A model generated the notes under the pieces. It did not search any database and had not been told where the DNA came from. It saw only the letters and a list, made by a program, of their open reading frames with translations. DNA of 64,000 nucleotides from the NCBI GenBank assembly GCA_963832165.1, contig CAWHTE010000004.1, positions 512,001 to 576,000 on the forward strand. Direction: 5' to 3'. Source of the stretch: an uncultured delta proteobacterium. Its GTDB lineage: Bacteria; Myxococcota_A; UBA9160; SMWR01. Both the position numbers and the translations under genes were made by a program. Positions 50,198 to 60,806 of the stretch are shown here, piece by piece (positions within the stretch are counted from its first letter, which is position 1; each line of letters opens with the position of its first letter).

Positions 50198-51202
50198 ATG
50201 AAGCTCGGCGTGCAGCTCGGTTATTGGATGGGGGCATCCCCGCCCCCGCATCAGCTCGAGACCACGCTCGAAGCCGAGCGGCTCGGCTACGACAGCGCTT
50301 GGTTCGCCGAGGCGTACGGATCCGATTGCTTCTCACCGTTGTGCTGGATCGGATCGCGCACGTCGCGGATCAAGCTCGGCACCGCGGTGATGCAGATCTC
50401 CGCACGCACGCCCGCGTGCACCGCGATGACCGCGGCGACGATCGATCACCTCTCGGGTGGCCGGCTGATCCTCGGGATCGGCGTCTCGGGTCCCCAGGTG
50501 GTGGAGGGCTGGTACGGACAGCCGTTCGCGAAGCCGCTCGCGCGCACGCGCGAGTACGTGGGCGTGCTGCGCGACATCTGGCGCCGCGAGGGGCCCGTCG
50601 AGAACCCGGGTCCGCACTATCCGATGCCGCTCCAGGGCGGCACCGGGCTCGGAAAGCCGCTCAAGCTGATCATCCACCCGGTGCGCCGCGAGATCCCGAT
50701 CTACATGGGCGCGGAAGGGCCCAAGAACGTCGCGCTGTGCGCGGAGATCGCCGACGGCTGGCTTCCGCTGTTCATCTCGCCGTATCGGATGCAGCCGTTC
50801 GCGGACGCGCTCGCGCACGCGAAGCCGGGCTTCGAGATCGCCGCGACGGTGATCGTCTCGCGCAACGACGACCTCGCCCAGGCGCTCATGCCCGTGAAGA
50901 TGATGCTGGGCTTCTATCTGGGCGGGATGGGCGCGCGCTCGCACAACTTCCACGTCGATCTTCTGAACCGCATGGGCTTCGAGCACGCGACGGGGAAGAT
51001 CCAGGACCTGTTCTTCGCGGGGAAGCGCGCCGAAGCGGTCGCGGCGATCCCCGACGAGATGGCCGACGAGATCGCGCTGTGCGGCTCGGACGCGCGCATC
51101 CGCGATCGGCTCGCGGTGTGGCGGGAGTCGCGCGTGACGACGCTGCTCGTGAGCGGCGGCGATCCCGGCGCGATGCGCTTCATGGCGGAGTCGGTGCTGT
51201 AG
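50198..51202 (+). CDS. LLM-class (probably F420-dependent) oxidoreductase
   Basis: AEAYGSD, LGTAVMQISARTP, GVSGPQVVEGWYG, GAEGPKNV..AEIADGW; stop lies in a REP GTAG. Confidence 0.85.
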   Translation: MKLGVQLGYWMGASPPPHQLETTLEAERLGYDSAWFAEAYGSDCFSPLCWIGSRTSRIKLGTAVMQISARTPACTAMTAATIDHLSGGRLILGIGVSGPQVVEGWYGQPFAKPLARTREYVGVLRDIWRREGPVENPGPHYPMPLQGGTGLGKPLKLIIHPVRREIPIYMGAEGPKNVALCAEIADGWLPLFISPYRMQPFADALAHAKPGFEIAATVIVSRNDDLAQALMPVKMMLGFYLGGMGARSHNFHVDLLNRMGFEHATGKIQDLFFAGKRAEAVAAIPDEMADEIALCGSDARIRDRLAVWRESRVTTLLVSGGDPGAMRFMAESVL

Positions 51203-51291
51203 GGCGGGAGAGCGCAGCGATCCCGCCATGCGGCGGTCGCAACGGCGGGATCCGCCTTCGGCTCCTCCCGCCCTACGAATTCCCGCCCTAC
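51199..51291. repeat. REP doublet plus a partial REP between convergent genes
   Basis: GTAGGGCGGGAGAGCGCAGCGATCCCGCC 51199-51227; inverted copy 51244-51276; partial TCCCGCCCTAC 51281-51291. Confidence 0.85.
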
Positions 51292-51920
51292 GAAGTCAGA
51301 CGCTCGAGCTCCGCGAGCGCATCGCTCGGATCGTCGCCGACCAGTACACCGTGCATGCCGAGCCGTCGTGCCGCGGCGACGTTGCCCGGAAAATCGTCGA
51401 GGAACACCGCGTGCTCGGGCGCGATGCCGCCGAGCTCGCGCAGCGCGAGCGAGAAGATCGCGGGGTCGGGTTTGCGCACGCCGACCTCGCTCGAGTCGAT
51501 CACGGCGTCGAACAGCTCGGCGATCGGGAGCAGCGAGCGCCAGCCCGCCGAGAACTCGCGCGCGTTGTTGGTGACGAGCGCCGTGCGCAGGCCGCGCTCG
51601 CGGATCCGGCGCGTCGCCGCGACCACCTGCTCGCGAGCGCCGCCGCCGCGGCCCATGCGCGCGAGGATCGCGAGGGGGTCGAGCGCGAGCCCCGCTTCGG
51701 TCGCGAGCGCCATGATCGCGTCGCGCGCGTGGCCGAGCGAGAGCTCGCCGCGCTCGAGGCGGTGCCACGGGTGGTCGGTATCCCGGTCGTAGGGACCGAA
51801 CACGACGTCGAGCACGAGCTCGGGGGTGGAGCCGAGCTCCGCGGCCGCGCCGGCGAACAGCGAGAACGGCGACGAGGTATAGACGCCGCCGAAGTCGAAC
51901 AGGACTGCGCGAATCGCCAT
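51288..51920 (-). CDS. HAD-family phosphatase (epoxide hydrolase N-terminal-like)
   Basis: LFDFGGV, VTNN, RKPDP, FLDD. Confidence 0.88.
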   Translation of the reverse strand: MAIRAVLFDFGGVYTSSPFSLFAGAAAELGSTPELVLDVVFGPYDRDTDHPWHRLERGELSLGHARDAIMALATEAGLALDPLAILARMGRGGGAREQVVAATRRIRERGLRTALVTNNAREFSAGWRSLLPIAELFDAVIDSSEVGVRKPDPAIFSLALRELGGIAPEHAVFLDDFPGNVAAARRLGMHGVLVGDDPSDALAELERLTS

Positions 51921-51983
51921 GTGGGCTACCAGTATGGCCCAGGAATCGACGATTCAGGCGTTGCAGAGCAGGAGGTTCGGCCG

Positions 51984-52781
51984 ATGGGGCGACTGGCGGG
52001 GCGCGTGGCGGTGATCACGGGTGCGGCATCGGGGATCGGGGCCGCTTGCGCGCGGCGGTTCGCGGACGAGGGCGCCGTGATCGCGGGGCTCGACCTGCAG
52101 AAGCCCGTCGACGACGGCTGGGACCGCGTGGTGGCCGCGTCGCCCGCGTCGAGCTTCCGCGAGGGTCTCGACGTGCGCGACGAGGCGAGCGTCGAAGTCG
52201 CGATCGACGCAGTGCGCGATCGCTATCACCGGATCGATGCGCTCGTGAACGCGGCCGGCGTCGCGGGCGGTGGGCTCGCGCACGAGCTCTCCGTCGAAGA
52301 GTGGGACCGCGTCGTCGACATCAATCTCAAGGGCTCGTTCCTGGTCGCCAAGCACGTGCTGCGTGCGATGATCGCGCAGGGATCCGGCAGCATCGTGCAC
52401 GTTGCGAGCGTCGAGGGACTCGAGGGGATGAGCGGCTCGCTGCCCTACAACGCCTCGAAGGGCGGCGTGGTGCTCATGACCAAGAACATGGCGATCGACT
52501 ACGGGGCAAAGGGCATCCGCGTGAACTGCCTGTGCCCGGGACTGATCGAGACGCCGCTCACCGCGCTGCTGAAATCGGAGCCGCTGCAATCCACGCACGA
52601 TCAGATGAAGAGCTGGCACATCCTGAACCGGTTCGGCCGGCCCGAGGAGGTCGCGAACTGCGCGCTGTTCCTGGTGTCCGACGAGGCGTCATTCGTGACG
52701 GGCCACGCGCTCGTGGTGGACGGCGGCTGGATGGCGGGACGGCGCGTCGACGTCGACGAGCTCTTGCTCGCGGTTAGCTAG
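51984..52781 (+). CDS. SDR oxidoreductase
   Basis: RBS GGAGG; TGAASGIG, NAAG, YNASK. Confidence 0.88.
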   Translation: MGRLAGRVAVITGAASGIGAACARRFADEGAVIAGLDLQKPVDDGWDRVVAASPASSFREGLDVRDEASVEVAIDAVRDRYHRIDALVNAAGVAGGGLAHELSVEEWDRVVDINLKGSFLVAKHVLRAMIAQGSGSIVHVASVEGLEGMSGSLPYNASKGGVVLMTKNMAIDYGAKGIRVNCLCPGLIETPLTALLKSEPLQSTHDQMKSWHILNRFGRPEEVANCALFLVSDEASFVTGHALVVDGGWMAGRRVDVDELLLAVS

Positions 52782-53302
52782 GTCACCCGCTCGCCGCGCG
52801 CCATCAGGAGCTTGCCCGAGCGCACGAGCTCGACCAGCGAGAACGGCCGCAACAGCTCGATCAACGCGTCGAGCTTCTCGCTCGAGCCGTGCGCCTGCAG
52901 GATCAGCGAATCCTTGCCGAAGTCGACCACGCGCGCCTTGTAGTGCTCGGCGATCTGCAGGATCGGCGTGCGGTCCGTGATCGGGCACTCGAGCTTGATC
53001 AGCGCGATTTCGACCGAGTAGGTCAGGTCGGCGGTGTGGTCGATCGCGTGCACCACGTCGACGAGCTTCGCGACCTGCCGGACCACCTGCTCCAGGTCGT
53101 CCCTGCGACCCGAGCACGTGATCGTCATGCGCGAGAAGCGGTCTTCGACGCCGGGGCTCACCACGAGGCTCTCGATGTTGAAGCCGCGGCGCGAGAACAC
53201 GAGCGCGACGCGCACGAGCACGCCGGGCTTGTTGTTCACGAACACCGAGATCGCGTGGGTGCCGATCGCGTCGGCGGAGGGCAGGGTGCGGGCAGCGCTC
53301 AT
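52778..53302 (-). CDS. ilvN: Acetolactate synthase small (regulatory) subunit
   Basis: ACT domain NKPGVLVRVALVFSRRGFNIESL; TGATG coupling to ilvB. Confidence 0.9.
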   Translation of the reverse strand: MSAARTLPSADAIGTHAISVFVNNKPGVLVRVALVFSRRGFNIESLVVSPGVEDRFSRMTITCSGRRDDLEQVVRQVAKLVDVVHAIDHTADLTYSVEIALIKLECPITDRTPILQIAEHYKARVVDFGKDSLILQAHGSSEKLDALIELLRPFSLVELVRSGKLLMARGERVT

Positions 53303-55019
53303 CACGTACTCCCCGTCGGTTTGGCGAGCTTGTGCTTGGGCGGCTCGATGATCATGTCCCGCACGGCGGCGCCGGCCGGGATCATCGGGAACACGTTGTC
53401 TTCCTTGACCACCTCCGCGACCACGACGCACGGCCCTTCGTCGTAGTCGTGCGCCTTGCGCAGGATGCGGTCGACGTCGGCCGAGCGCTTGATCCGGAAA
53501 GCCTTCACACCGTACGCCTCGGCGAGCTTCACGAAGTCGGGGTTGCCGACCAGGTCGGCGCCCGACAGGCGGTTCTCGTAGAACAGCTCCTGCCACTGCC
53601 GGATCATCCCGAGATAGTTGTTGTTGATGATCAGGCACTTCGCGCGGACCTTGTGGATCTGCGCCGTGGCGAGCTCGCTCTGGGTCATCTGGAAGCCGCC
53701 GTCGCCGACCACGGCCCAGACCTTCTTGCGCGGATTCGCGAACGCGGCACCGATCGCTGCGGGCCAGCCGAAGCCCATCGTGCCCGCGCCGCCGCTCGAG
53801 ATCCAGTGGCGATTCGAGCGCGCGAGGCAGAACTGCGCGGCCCACATCTGGTGCTGACCCACGTCGGTGGTGATGATCGCGTCGCCCTGCGTGATCGCAT
53901 CGAGCCGGTCGAGCACGTGCTGCGCGCGCAGTCCGCCCTTCTTCGGGTAGTGGAGCGGATACTGCTTGCGCCAGCGCTCGCACTGCTTGAGCCAGGCCTC
54001 CGTCTCGCGCCATCTCGATCAGCGGCACGAGGTCCTCGATCACGAGCCGCGCGTCGCCGAGGATCGACACGTCGGGCCGGACCATCTTGTTGAACTCCGC
54101 GGGATCGATGTCGACGTGGATCTTCACCGCGTCGGTGCAGAACTCGGACAGCTTTCCGGTGATGCGATCGTCCCAGCGCGCGCCGATCGCCATGATCAGG
54201 TCGCAGTCGGCGACGGCCTTGTTCGCGTAGGCGGTGCCGTGCATGCCGAGCATCCCGAGGTGGAGCGGGTGGCGCTCGTCGACGGCGCCCTTGCCGAGCA
54301 GCGTGTTGACCACGGGCGCGCGCAGCTTCTCCGCGAGCGAGGTGATCGCCTTGCCCGCGTCCGCGATCACGGCGCCGTGACCCACGTAGAGCAGCGGACG
54401 CCGGCTCTCGGAGAGCAGCCGCGCCGCTTCGGCGATCGCGTTCGGCGTCGCCGCGACTGGGCACGCTGTAGCCGGGCAGGTCGAGCTTGTCCGTGAACGG
54501 CGCGGGGCAGGGCGCCTGGCCGATGTCCTTGGGCACGTCGATCAGCACCGGGCCCGGGCGGCCCGTCGTTGCGACGTGGAAGGCCTCGCGCACGATGCGC
54601 GGGATGTCGCGGCCGTCCTTGACCAGATACGAGTGCTTGACCACGGGATAGGTGATCCCCGTGACGTCGGCCTCCTGGAATGCGTCCTTGCCGAGCATCG
54701 GCGAGATCGTCTGGCCGCAGATCACGATGATCGGCGCCGAGTCCATGAGCGCCGTGAGCAGCCCCGTCACGGTGTTGGTGGCGCCGGGGCCCGAGGTCAC
54801 GAGCACCACGCCGGGCTTGCCCGTGGAGCGCGCGTAGCCATCGGCCATGTGGGTGGCGCCCTGCTCGTGGCGCACGAGGATCAGCTTGATCTTGGAATCG
54901 ACCAGCGCGTCGAACATCGGCATCGCCGCGCCGCCGGAAAGGCCGAAGATGTACTCGACGCCCTCGCGCTCGAGACATTGAATCAGCTTTTCTCCGCCGG
55001 TAGGCGTCTTGGGCTCCAC
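53302..55019 (-). CDS. ilvB: Acetolactate synthase large subunit, frameshifts near 54435 and 54005
   Basis: RHEQGATHMADGYAR, TSGPGATN, GMLGMHG, TDVGQHQMW, GTMGFG, GDGGFQM..NNNYLGMIRQWQ. Confidence 0.9.
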
Positions 55020-55203
55020 TGCCGACCTCCGATCCGCTCAGTTCCCCGAAGAAAGCGCTGGATTCACTCTTCGTCGGGAAGTGGGAGGCGGCAGTTTAGA
55101 CCGGATCTCGCGTTTTGCACGGAAAGTGAGCTGCGATCTGATCTCCGAGATAGACCTAGAACGCTGATCTGTGCCGAAACCCTCCGGATTCCCCAAGGGG
55201 AAG

Positions 55204-56400
55204 TCATGATCTCTGGAATCTGGCCCCGATCCAGGAAGATACGAGCTCGAGCGCGGCGGGTCGATGCCCTTCGAGATAGTGCGGAGCGCCCTGGATCGCC
55301 TCGTAGGTCACGTCGTCGCTGCCCGAGGAGTCGCGGATCTCCAGCGCCTGCCGCACGCGGATCTCGGTGTCGGCCGTCGGGTGCACGATCAGGGTGGGCA
55401 CCTTCACGTGCGGAAGCGTGTCCGCGACCCGCGCGTGCGACGAGAGGCCCGACCAGGTCGAGAGCCAGCCGCGCGCGGTCATCGTGCGCGCGAGGCCGCC
55501 GCGGCCGTAGTTCGCGTCGAGCGGGTCCGGGAACGCGAACAGCGAGCCGAGCGGGCGCTCGTCGGGATCGATGCTCAGATCCAGATAGGCCGGATCTGCG
55601 AGCGTTCGGTAGATCGTGAGATAGCGCGCGCTGACCTGGCGCTGGCGCCAGTAGCGCCACTCGGCCGGATTTGCGCTGCGATCGATCGCCGCGGCCAGCT
55701 CGCCCGCACGGCGCGCGCTATCGATCGAGCCGCGTGCAATCGCATCGATGCGCGCCACGCGGTCGCGCTGCGCGGCGCGGTAGCGCGCGAGCCACTCGCG
55801 GTCGTAGGAGCACGGCGAAGGCCACGGCCGCCAGCCGTTGTCGGGGTTGTACATGTCGAGCTCGGGCACCACCGAGCTCGGGTCGCCCTCGTCGGCGACC
55901 GACGGATCGATCACCTGGAGCATGAACACGCCTTCGCCCGGGTGCGCGGCGATCCCGATCCACGCGTCACCGCACTGTGTCTCGCGCTGCGCGAGCGCCA
56001 TGAGCGATCCGCCGCCGCTGTTGCCGAGCAGCACCACGGCCTCGGCGCCGCGCCGCCGCATCTCCTCCACGGCCGTGGCGACGTCGGTGACGCACGCCTC
56101 GTGCAGACAGTCGGTGTCGTTGTTCAGGTAGCGCGTGGCGAAGCCGAACGCGGCATAGCCCGCGGCCGCGAGCAGCGGACACGCGTAGTGCACGGAGAAG
56201 TCGCCGCGCGGGTGGGCGAGCACGACGGCAGTCTTCCAGCGCTCGCCGGTCGGCGGTGTCCAGAGCGTCCCGCGCACGAGCGCGCCGTCGCGAGTCACGA
56301 GGCGCACGGGCTCGCGGCGCACCGCAACGCCCGGGTCGTCCTCGGGCAGCGGCCAGAATCCGAAACCGAGCGGACGCTAGGCGCCGAGTGAGTGGGGCAT
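55204..56400 (-). CDS. Alpha/beta hydrolase-like protein; in-frame TAG at codon 8 (56377-56379)
   Basis: LGNSGGGSL nucleophile elbow, TADTE, GAPHY. The ATG at 56400 gives [18 protein letters not shown] in the same frame as the main ORF. Confidence 0.75.
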
Positions 56401-56453
56401 GGCGTCGACGCTAGAGGAGCGGTCCGAGACGCGCACGCGGGTTGTCCGGCACG

Positions 56454-57585
56454 TCAGCGCGCGAAATGCGCAAGCGTCTCGACGTGCTCCGTGAACGGGA
56501 ACAGCGCGTACACCTCGAGCGAGCGCATCCGCAGCGCGCTGTGCTCGAGCAGCCAGCTGGCCTGCGAGAGGAAGCTGTCCAGCCCACAGCTGACCCAGAC
56601 CAGATGCTCGGGCGGCCGGCTGGCGAGCGCGCCGAGCAGCGCGGGCTCGAGGCCGCTGCGCGGCGGATCGACGAGCACGGCGTCGGCGTCCGCGAGCAGG
56701 TCGAGGTGCTCCGCGGCCGGTCCCGCGCGCACGTGCGCGCGCGCGCGCTCCGACGCGGGCCGCCGCGCGATCCCGCGCGCGAGGCCGTCGAGCGCTGGCG
56801 CGCTCACCTCGTTGAACGTCAGACGCTCGACCCTGCGCAGCAGTCCCATGCCGAGCGGACCGCAGCCCGCGTGGAACTCGACCGCGCGCGCGCCGTCGGG
56901 GATGCAGCGCTGGGCGCTGTGCGCGATGCGCTCCGCGAGCGCGGGGTGGCTCTGCCCGAACGCGCCCGGCGGAAATGCGATCTCGCAACCGGCCACGTCT
57001 TCGACGATCGCGTCGGGCCCCGCGAGGTGGTGCCACGCGGGCCCCAGGATCGCGTTGGTGCGCTCGGGGTTTCCGTTCCACCACAGGCTGTGCAGCGACG
57101 CGCCGAGCTCGCGCGCGAGCGGCGCCGCGAGCGCGGCGACCGGCCCCGGCTGCGCTGCGTTCTCGATCAGCACGAGCTGCGCGCTCTGCGAGCGCCGCTC
57201 CACCACCACCTGGATCGCGCGCAGCGCGCCGCGGTGGGGGCGATCGGCGTAGGGCTCGACGCCGGTGTCGCGCGCGGCGGCTCGCACGGCAGCCGCGACG
57301 CGGTTGATCAGCGGGTGGTGGATCCGACACTGCGGAATGTCGACGATCCGGTGCGACCCCTGCTGGAACAGCCCGATCTTGGGCGTGCGCGTGCGGCCGC
57401 GCACCATGAGCCGCGCGCGGTGGCGGCTCGCGAAGCCGGGTGCCTCGACCAGCGCGGGGGCGGGCAGGCCCGCGCTCGCGGCGAACGCAGCCAGCGCGTC
57501 GCGCGCGCGCCGGCGCGATCCCGGGCTCGCCGTAGCGCGGGCACCCGGGACAGGGCGGCCGATGCGGGCAGGGTGCGGCGCTCAC
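56454..57585 (-). CDS. RNA (uracil-5)-methyltransferase, RlmD/TrmA class; frameshift near 57510
   Basis: CPHRPPCPGC...QC Fe-S ligands, AFGQS, EFHAGCG, VDPPRSG, VSC, FPFTEHVE. Confidence 0.8.
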
Positions 57586-57637
57586 GCGCCGGAAGATGCC
57601 ACGACCCGATCTCCTTCTTAGGGGTAGGATCGAGGGC

Positions 57638-60600
57638 GTGGGCATTCCTCCTCGCTGCCGCGGTCTCACCCGGGTCCTCGGTGCCGCACTGTTCGCGGCC
57701 GCTTCGGCGCAGGCCCAGGCGCCCGACCCGGCGACGCCCGAGGTGCTCGTGCGTCTGCGCACGGAGGGCCCGCACGCGGTCGTCGACTGCGCGGCCGCGC
57801 AGCAGCGGCGCGGCCGGCCGCTCGCGGAGATCGCGCGCGACCGCGGCGACAGTCTCGACCGCCTGAACGCGGAGCTCGGCGTGCGCGCGGTGCGCGCCGT
57901 GTTCCGGCCCGCCGATGGGCGTTCGCTCGACGACTGGCGCGCCGAGCTCGCGGCGCGCGCGCACGCGCGGCGCGCGTCGCTTCCCGCGCACGCGCGCGCG
58001 GCGCTGCCGAGCGTGCCCGACCTCGCTCCGATCTATCGCCTCTCGCTCGCGTCGGGCGTCGATCCAGCGGCCGCGGCCGCGCGTTATGCGGCGGATCCAC
58101 ACGTCGCGTGGGCGCAGGCGAGCCTCTCGGTGGCGACCGACCTGGCCGCGAACGATCCGTTCCTCTCCTCGAGCGGTGCCTGGGGTCAACCCTATGCCGA
58201 TCTCTGGGGAATCCTGCGCGTGGGTGCGCCCGACGCCTGGGACCTGTCGCAGGGCGAAGGCATCGCGGTGGCCGTGGTCGACACCGGGATCGACGTGGAG
58301 CACCCCGATCTCGCCGGGAATCTGTGGGTCAACCCGGGCGAGGATCTCGACGGCAACGGCGTCGCCGACGCGAGCGATCCGAACGGCATCGACGACGACC
58401 ACAACGGATTCATCGACGACCTGAACGGGTTCGATTTCGCCAACTCGGTCGATGCCGATGGCGACGGCGATTTCGACGATCCCGGCGACGTCTCGGACCC
58501 CGATCCGTTCGACGACTTCGGTCACGGCACGCACGTGGGCGGGACGATCGCTGCGGTGGCCAACAACGGGATCGGTGTGGCCGGCGTGGCGCCGCGCGCG
58601 CGCCTGATGGCGCTCAAGGGATTCCGCGCGAGCGGAGAGACGCCCGACGCGGTGCTCGCGCGCGCGATGGTGTATGCGGCGCAGAACGGCGCGCGCGTGA
58701 TCAACAACAGCTGGTCGTGTAGCACGCGCTGCCCGAGCAACCCGGTGCTCGAGGAGGCGCAGGCGTTCGCGGCATCGCTGGGCGTCGTCGTGGTGACGTC
58801 GGCCGGCAACCGCTTCGACGACGTCGTGTTCTACAGCCCCAAATGGCGCCGCGACAACATCGTGGTGGGCGCGAGCGACGATCGCGATCGGCCCGCGGTG
58901 TTCACGAACCAGGGCTATCTCGTGAGCGTGGTGGCGCCGGGCTCGGGCGATTTCGACCTCCCGGGCGTCTTCTTCCCGCAGCGCGCGATCCTGTCGACGC
59001 GCTCGTCGGGCGCGGCGGTCGGGGCCGACGGCGGAGGCGCGTTCACGGTCGGCGGCGACTACCTGCGCTGGGTCGGCACGTCGATGTCGGCGCCGCACGT
59101 TTCCGGGATCGCGGCGCTCGTGCTCGCGCTCCACCCCGACTACACGCCCGACGACGTGCGCGCGGTAGTCCGGAGCACGGCGCGCGATCTCGGCGCGCCC
59201 GGCCACGATCGCGCGACGGGCGCCGGGATCGCGGACGCCGCGAGCGCGGTGCGCAGCGGACGCCCCGCGCTGCGCGCGCTGTTCCATGCGCCCGCGCCCG
59301 GCGCCGTGATCGTGCCCGACGCCGAGACCGTGGCGATCCGCGGGGCCGTGATCGGCCCCGTATCCGCGGCAGTGCTCTCGGTGGGATCCGGGCTCGATCC
59401 CGCGAGCTTCGACCCGATTCCGCTCGCGACGCCGCTGCCGGAACAAGACGGCCTGCTCGCGCGCTGGGACGTCTCGGCGCGCGTAGACGGTCCCTACGTG
59501 CTCCGGCTCGAGGTGCGCGGCGCCGACGGGCGCGAGCGCCGTCGAGTTCCTGCCCGTGTCGCTCGAGCGCAATGCGCCGGTTCGCCTCTCGTCGCCGGGC
59601 GCGCCCGCCTTCGCGCCCGCGATCTCGGGCAAGCGCGTCGTCTGGGAATCGAAGCGCGATCTCGATGGAGAGGAGCTCGGCCTCGAGCTGTTCGCGCGCG
59701 ATTGGACGTCGGGCGAAGAGCTCCGCGTCGTGAGTGCGCCGGGAGATCAGCACGCCGCGCGCGTGTCGGGCGATCGGCTCGCGTGGCTCGATACGCGCAA
59801 CCACCCGAGCGAGGTGCGCACGTGTCGGCTGGAGTCGTCGCGCGCACCGTGTCGCGACACGGTGGCCGCGGCGGGGCCGGACTCTCGACGCGCGCTCGAT
59901 CTGTCGCAGGACCTCCTGGTGTGGACGCAGGGAGAGTCGGGCGTGGAGCAGTTGCGCGGCTGCCGTGCGAGTGGCGCGGGGTGTCCGCCGATCGCGCTTC
60001 CGCAAAGCGCGGCGAGTCAGATCGATCCGGTCGTGCGTGGCGGTCGCCTCTGGTGGCGCGAGCTGTTCGCCGGGGGCGCCGCGGTGTACACGTGCGCGGG
60101 CATTCCTGGGTCCTGCGAGCCCGCGGTGCTCGACTCCGTGCAGACCGACAGCCCGTTCGCGGCCACGGAGAGCCGGGCCGCCTGGTGGAGCCTCGGGTTC
60201 CCGAGTCGCGTGTCGGTGTGCCGGATGACCGGGGCCGGGACGTGTTCGGCGCGGCTGATCACGACGGTCGACGGCCTGGACATCGAGATCGCGATCTCGG
60301 AGCACCGGGTGGTGTGGCACGCGCCGGGCCCCGGCGGAGATCTCGACATCTATTTCTGCGAAGACGACGCTCACACCGGGCAGTGTCCGGTCCAGCGGTT
60401 GACCGGCAGCGCCGCGGAGCAGCGCAACCCCGACGTCTCGGGAACGCGCGTGGTGTGGGAGGACGATCGCGACGGCCCCGCGATTCTGGGCCTCGAGCTT
60501 CCGTCGCTCGATCCGATCCCGGATCGCAGCGCGACGGTGGGGCGCACGCTGCGCATCGCCGTGCGCGGGCGCGACCCGGCCGGCGGCGTGCTCGCGCTCA

Positions 60601-60806
60601 CGGGCGCGTTCGCGGACGGGACGCCGCTCGCCGCACGCGGCGCGCAGTTCGTCGACCGCGGCGACGGCTCGGGCGTGCTGAGCTGGACACCGCGCGCGGG
60701 CGACGCGGGCACTCACATCGTGACGTTCGCGGGCCGCAGCGCGGGGCACCTCACGACGCGCACGAGCGTGCGCATCGCGGTCAGCTCGCCTCGAGCAGCT
60801 CCGTGA
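57638..60806 (+). CDS. Secreted S8 (subtilase) serine peptidase with C-terminal Cys-containing repeats and Ig-like domain; frameshift near 59535
   Basis: VAVVDTG (Asp), HGTHVGG (His), SAGN, GTSMSAPH (Ser); DLDGNG and DADGDGD Ca-type loops; continues in ORF 59556..60806 with P.ISG.RVVWE-type repeats. Confidence 0.82.

Noticed and set aside
10926..59600. About 15 frameshifts read as pseudogenes, phase variation or programmed frameshifting
   Set aside because: They also hit ilvB, fadD3 and the RNA methyltransferase, show no shared slippery motif and come with no other decay. Consensus indel error is the simplest explanation; short-read polishing would decide.
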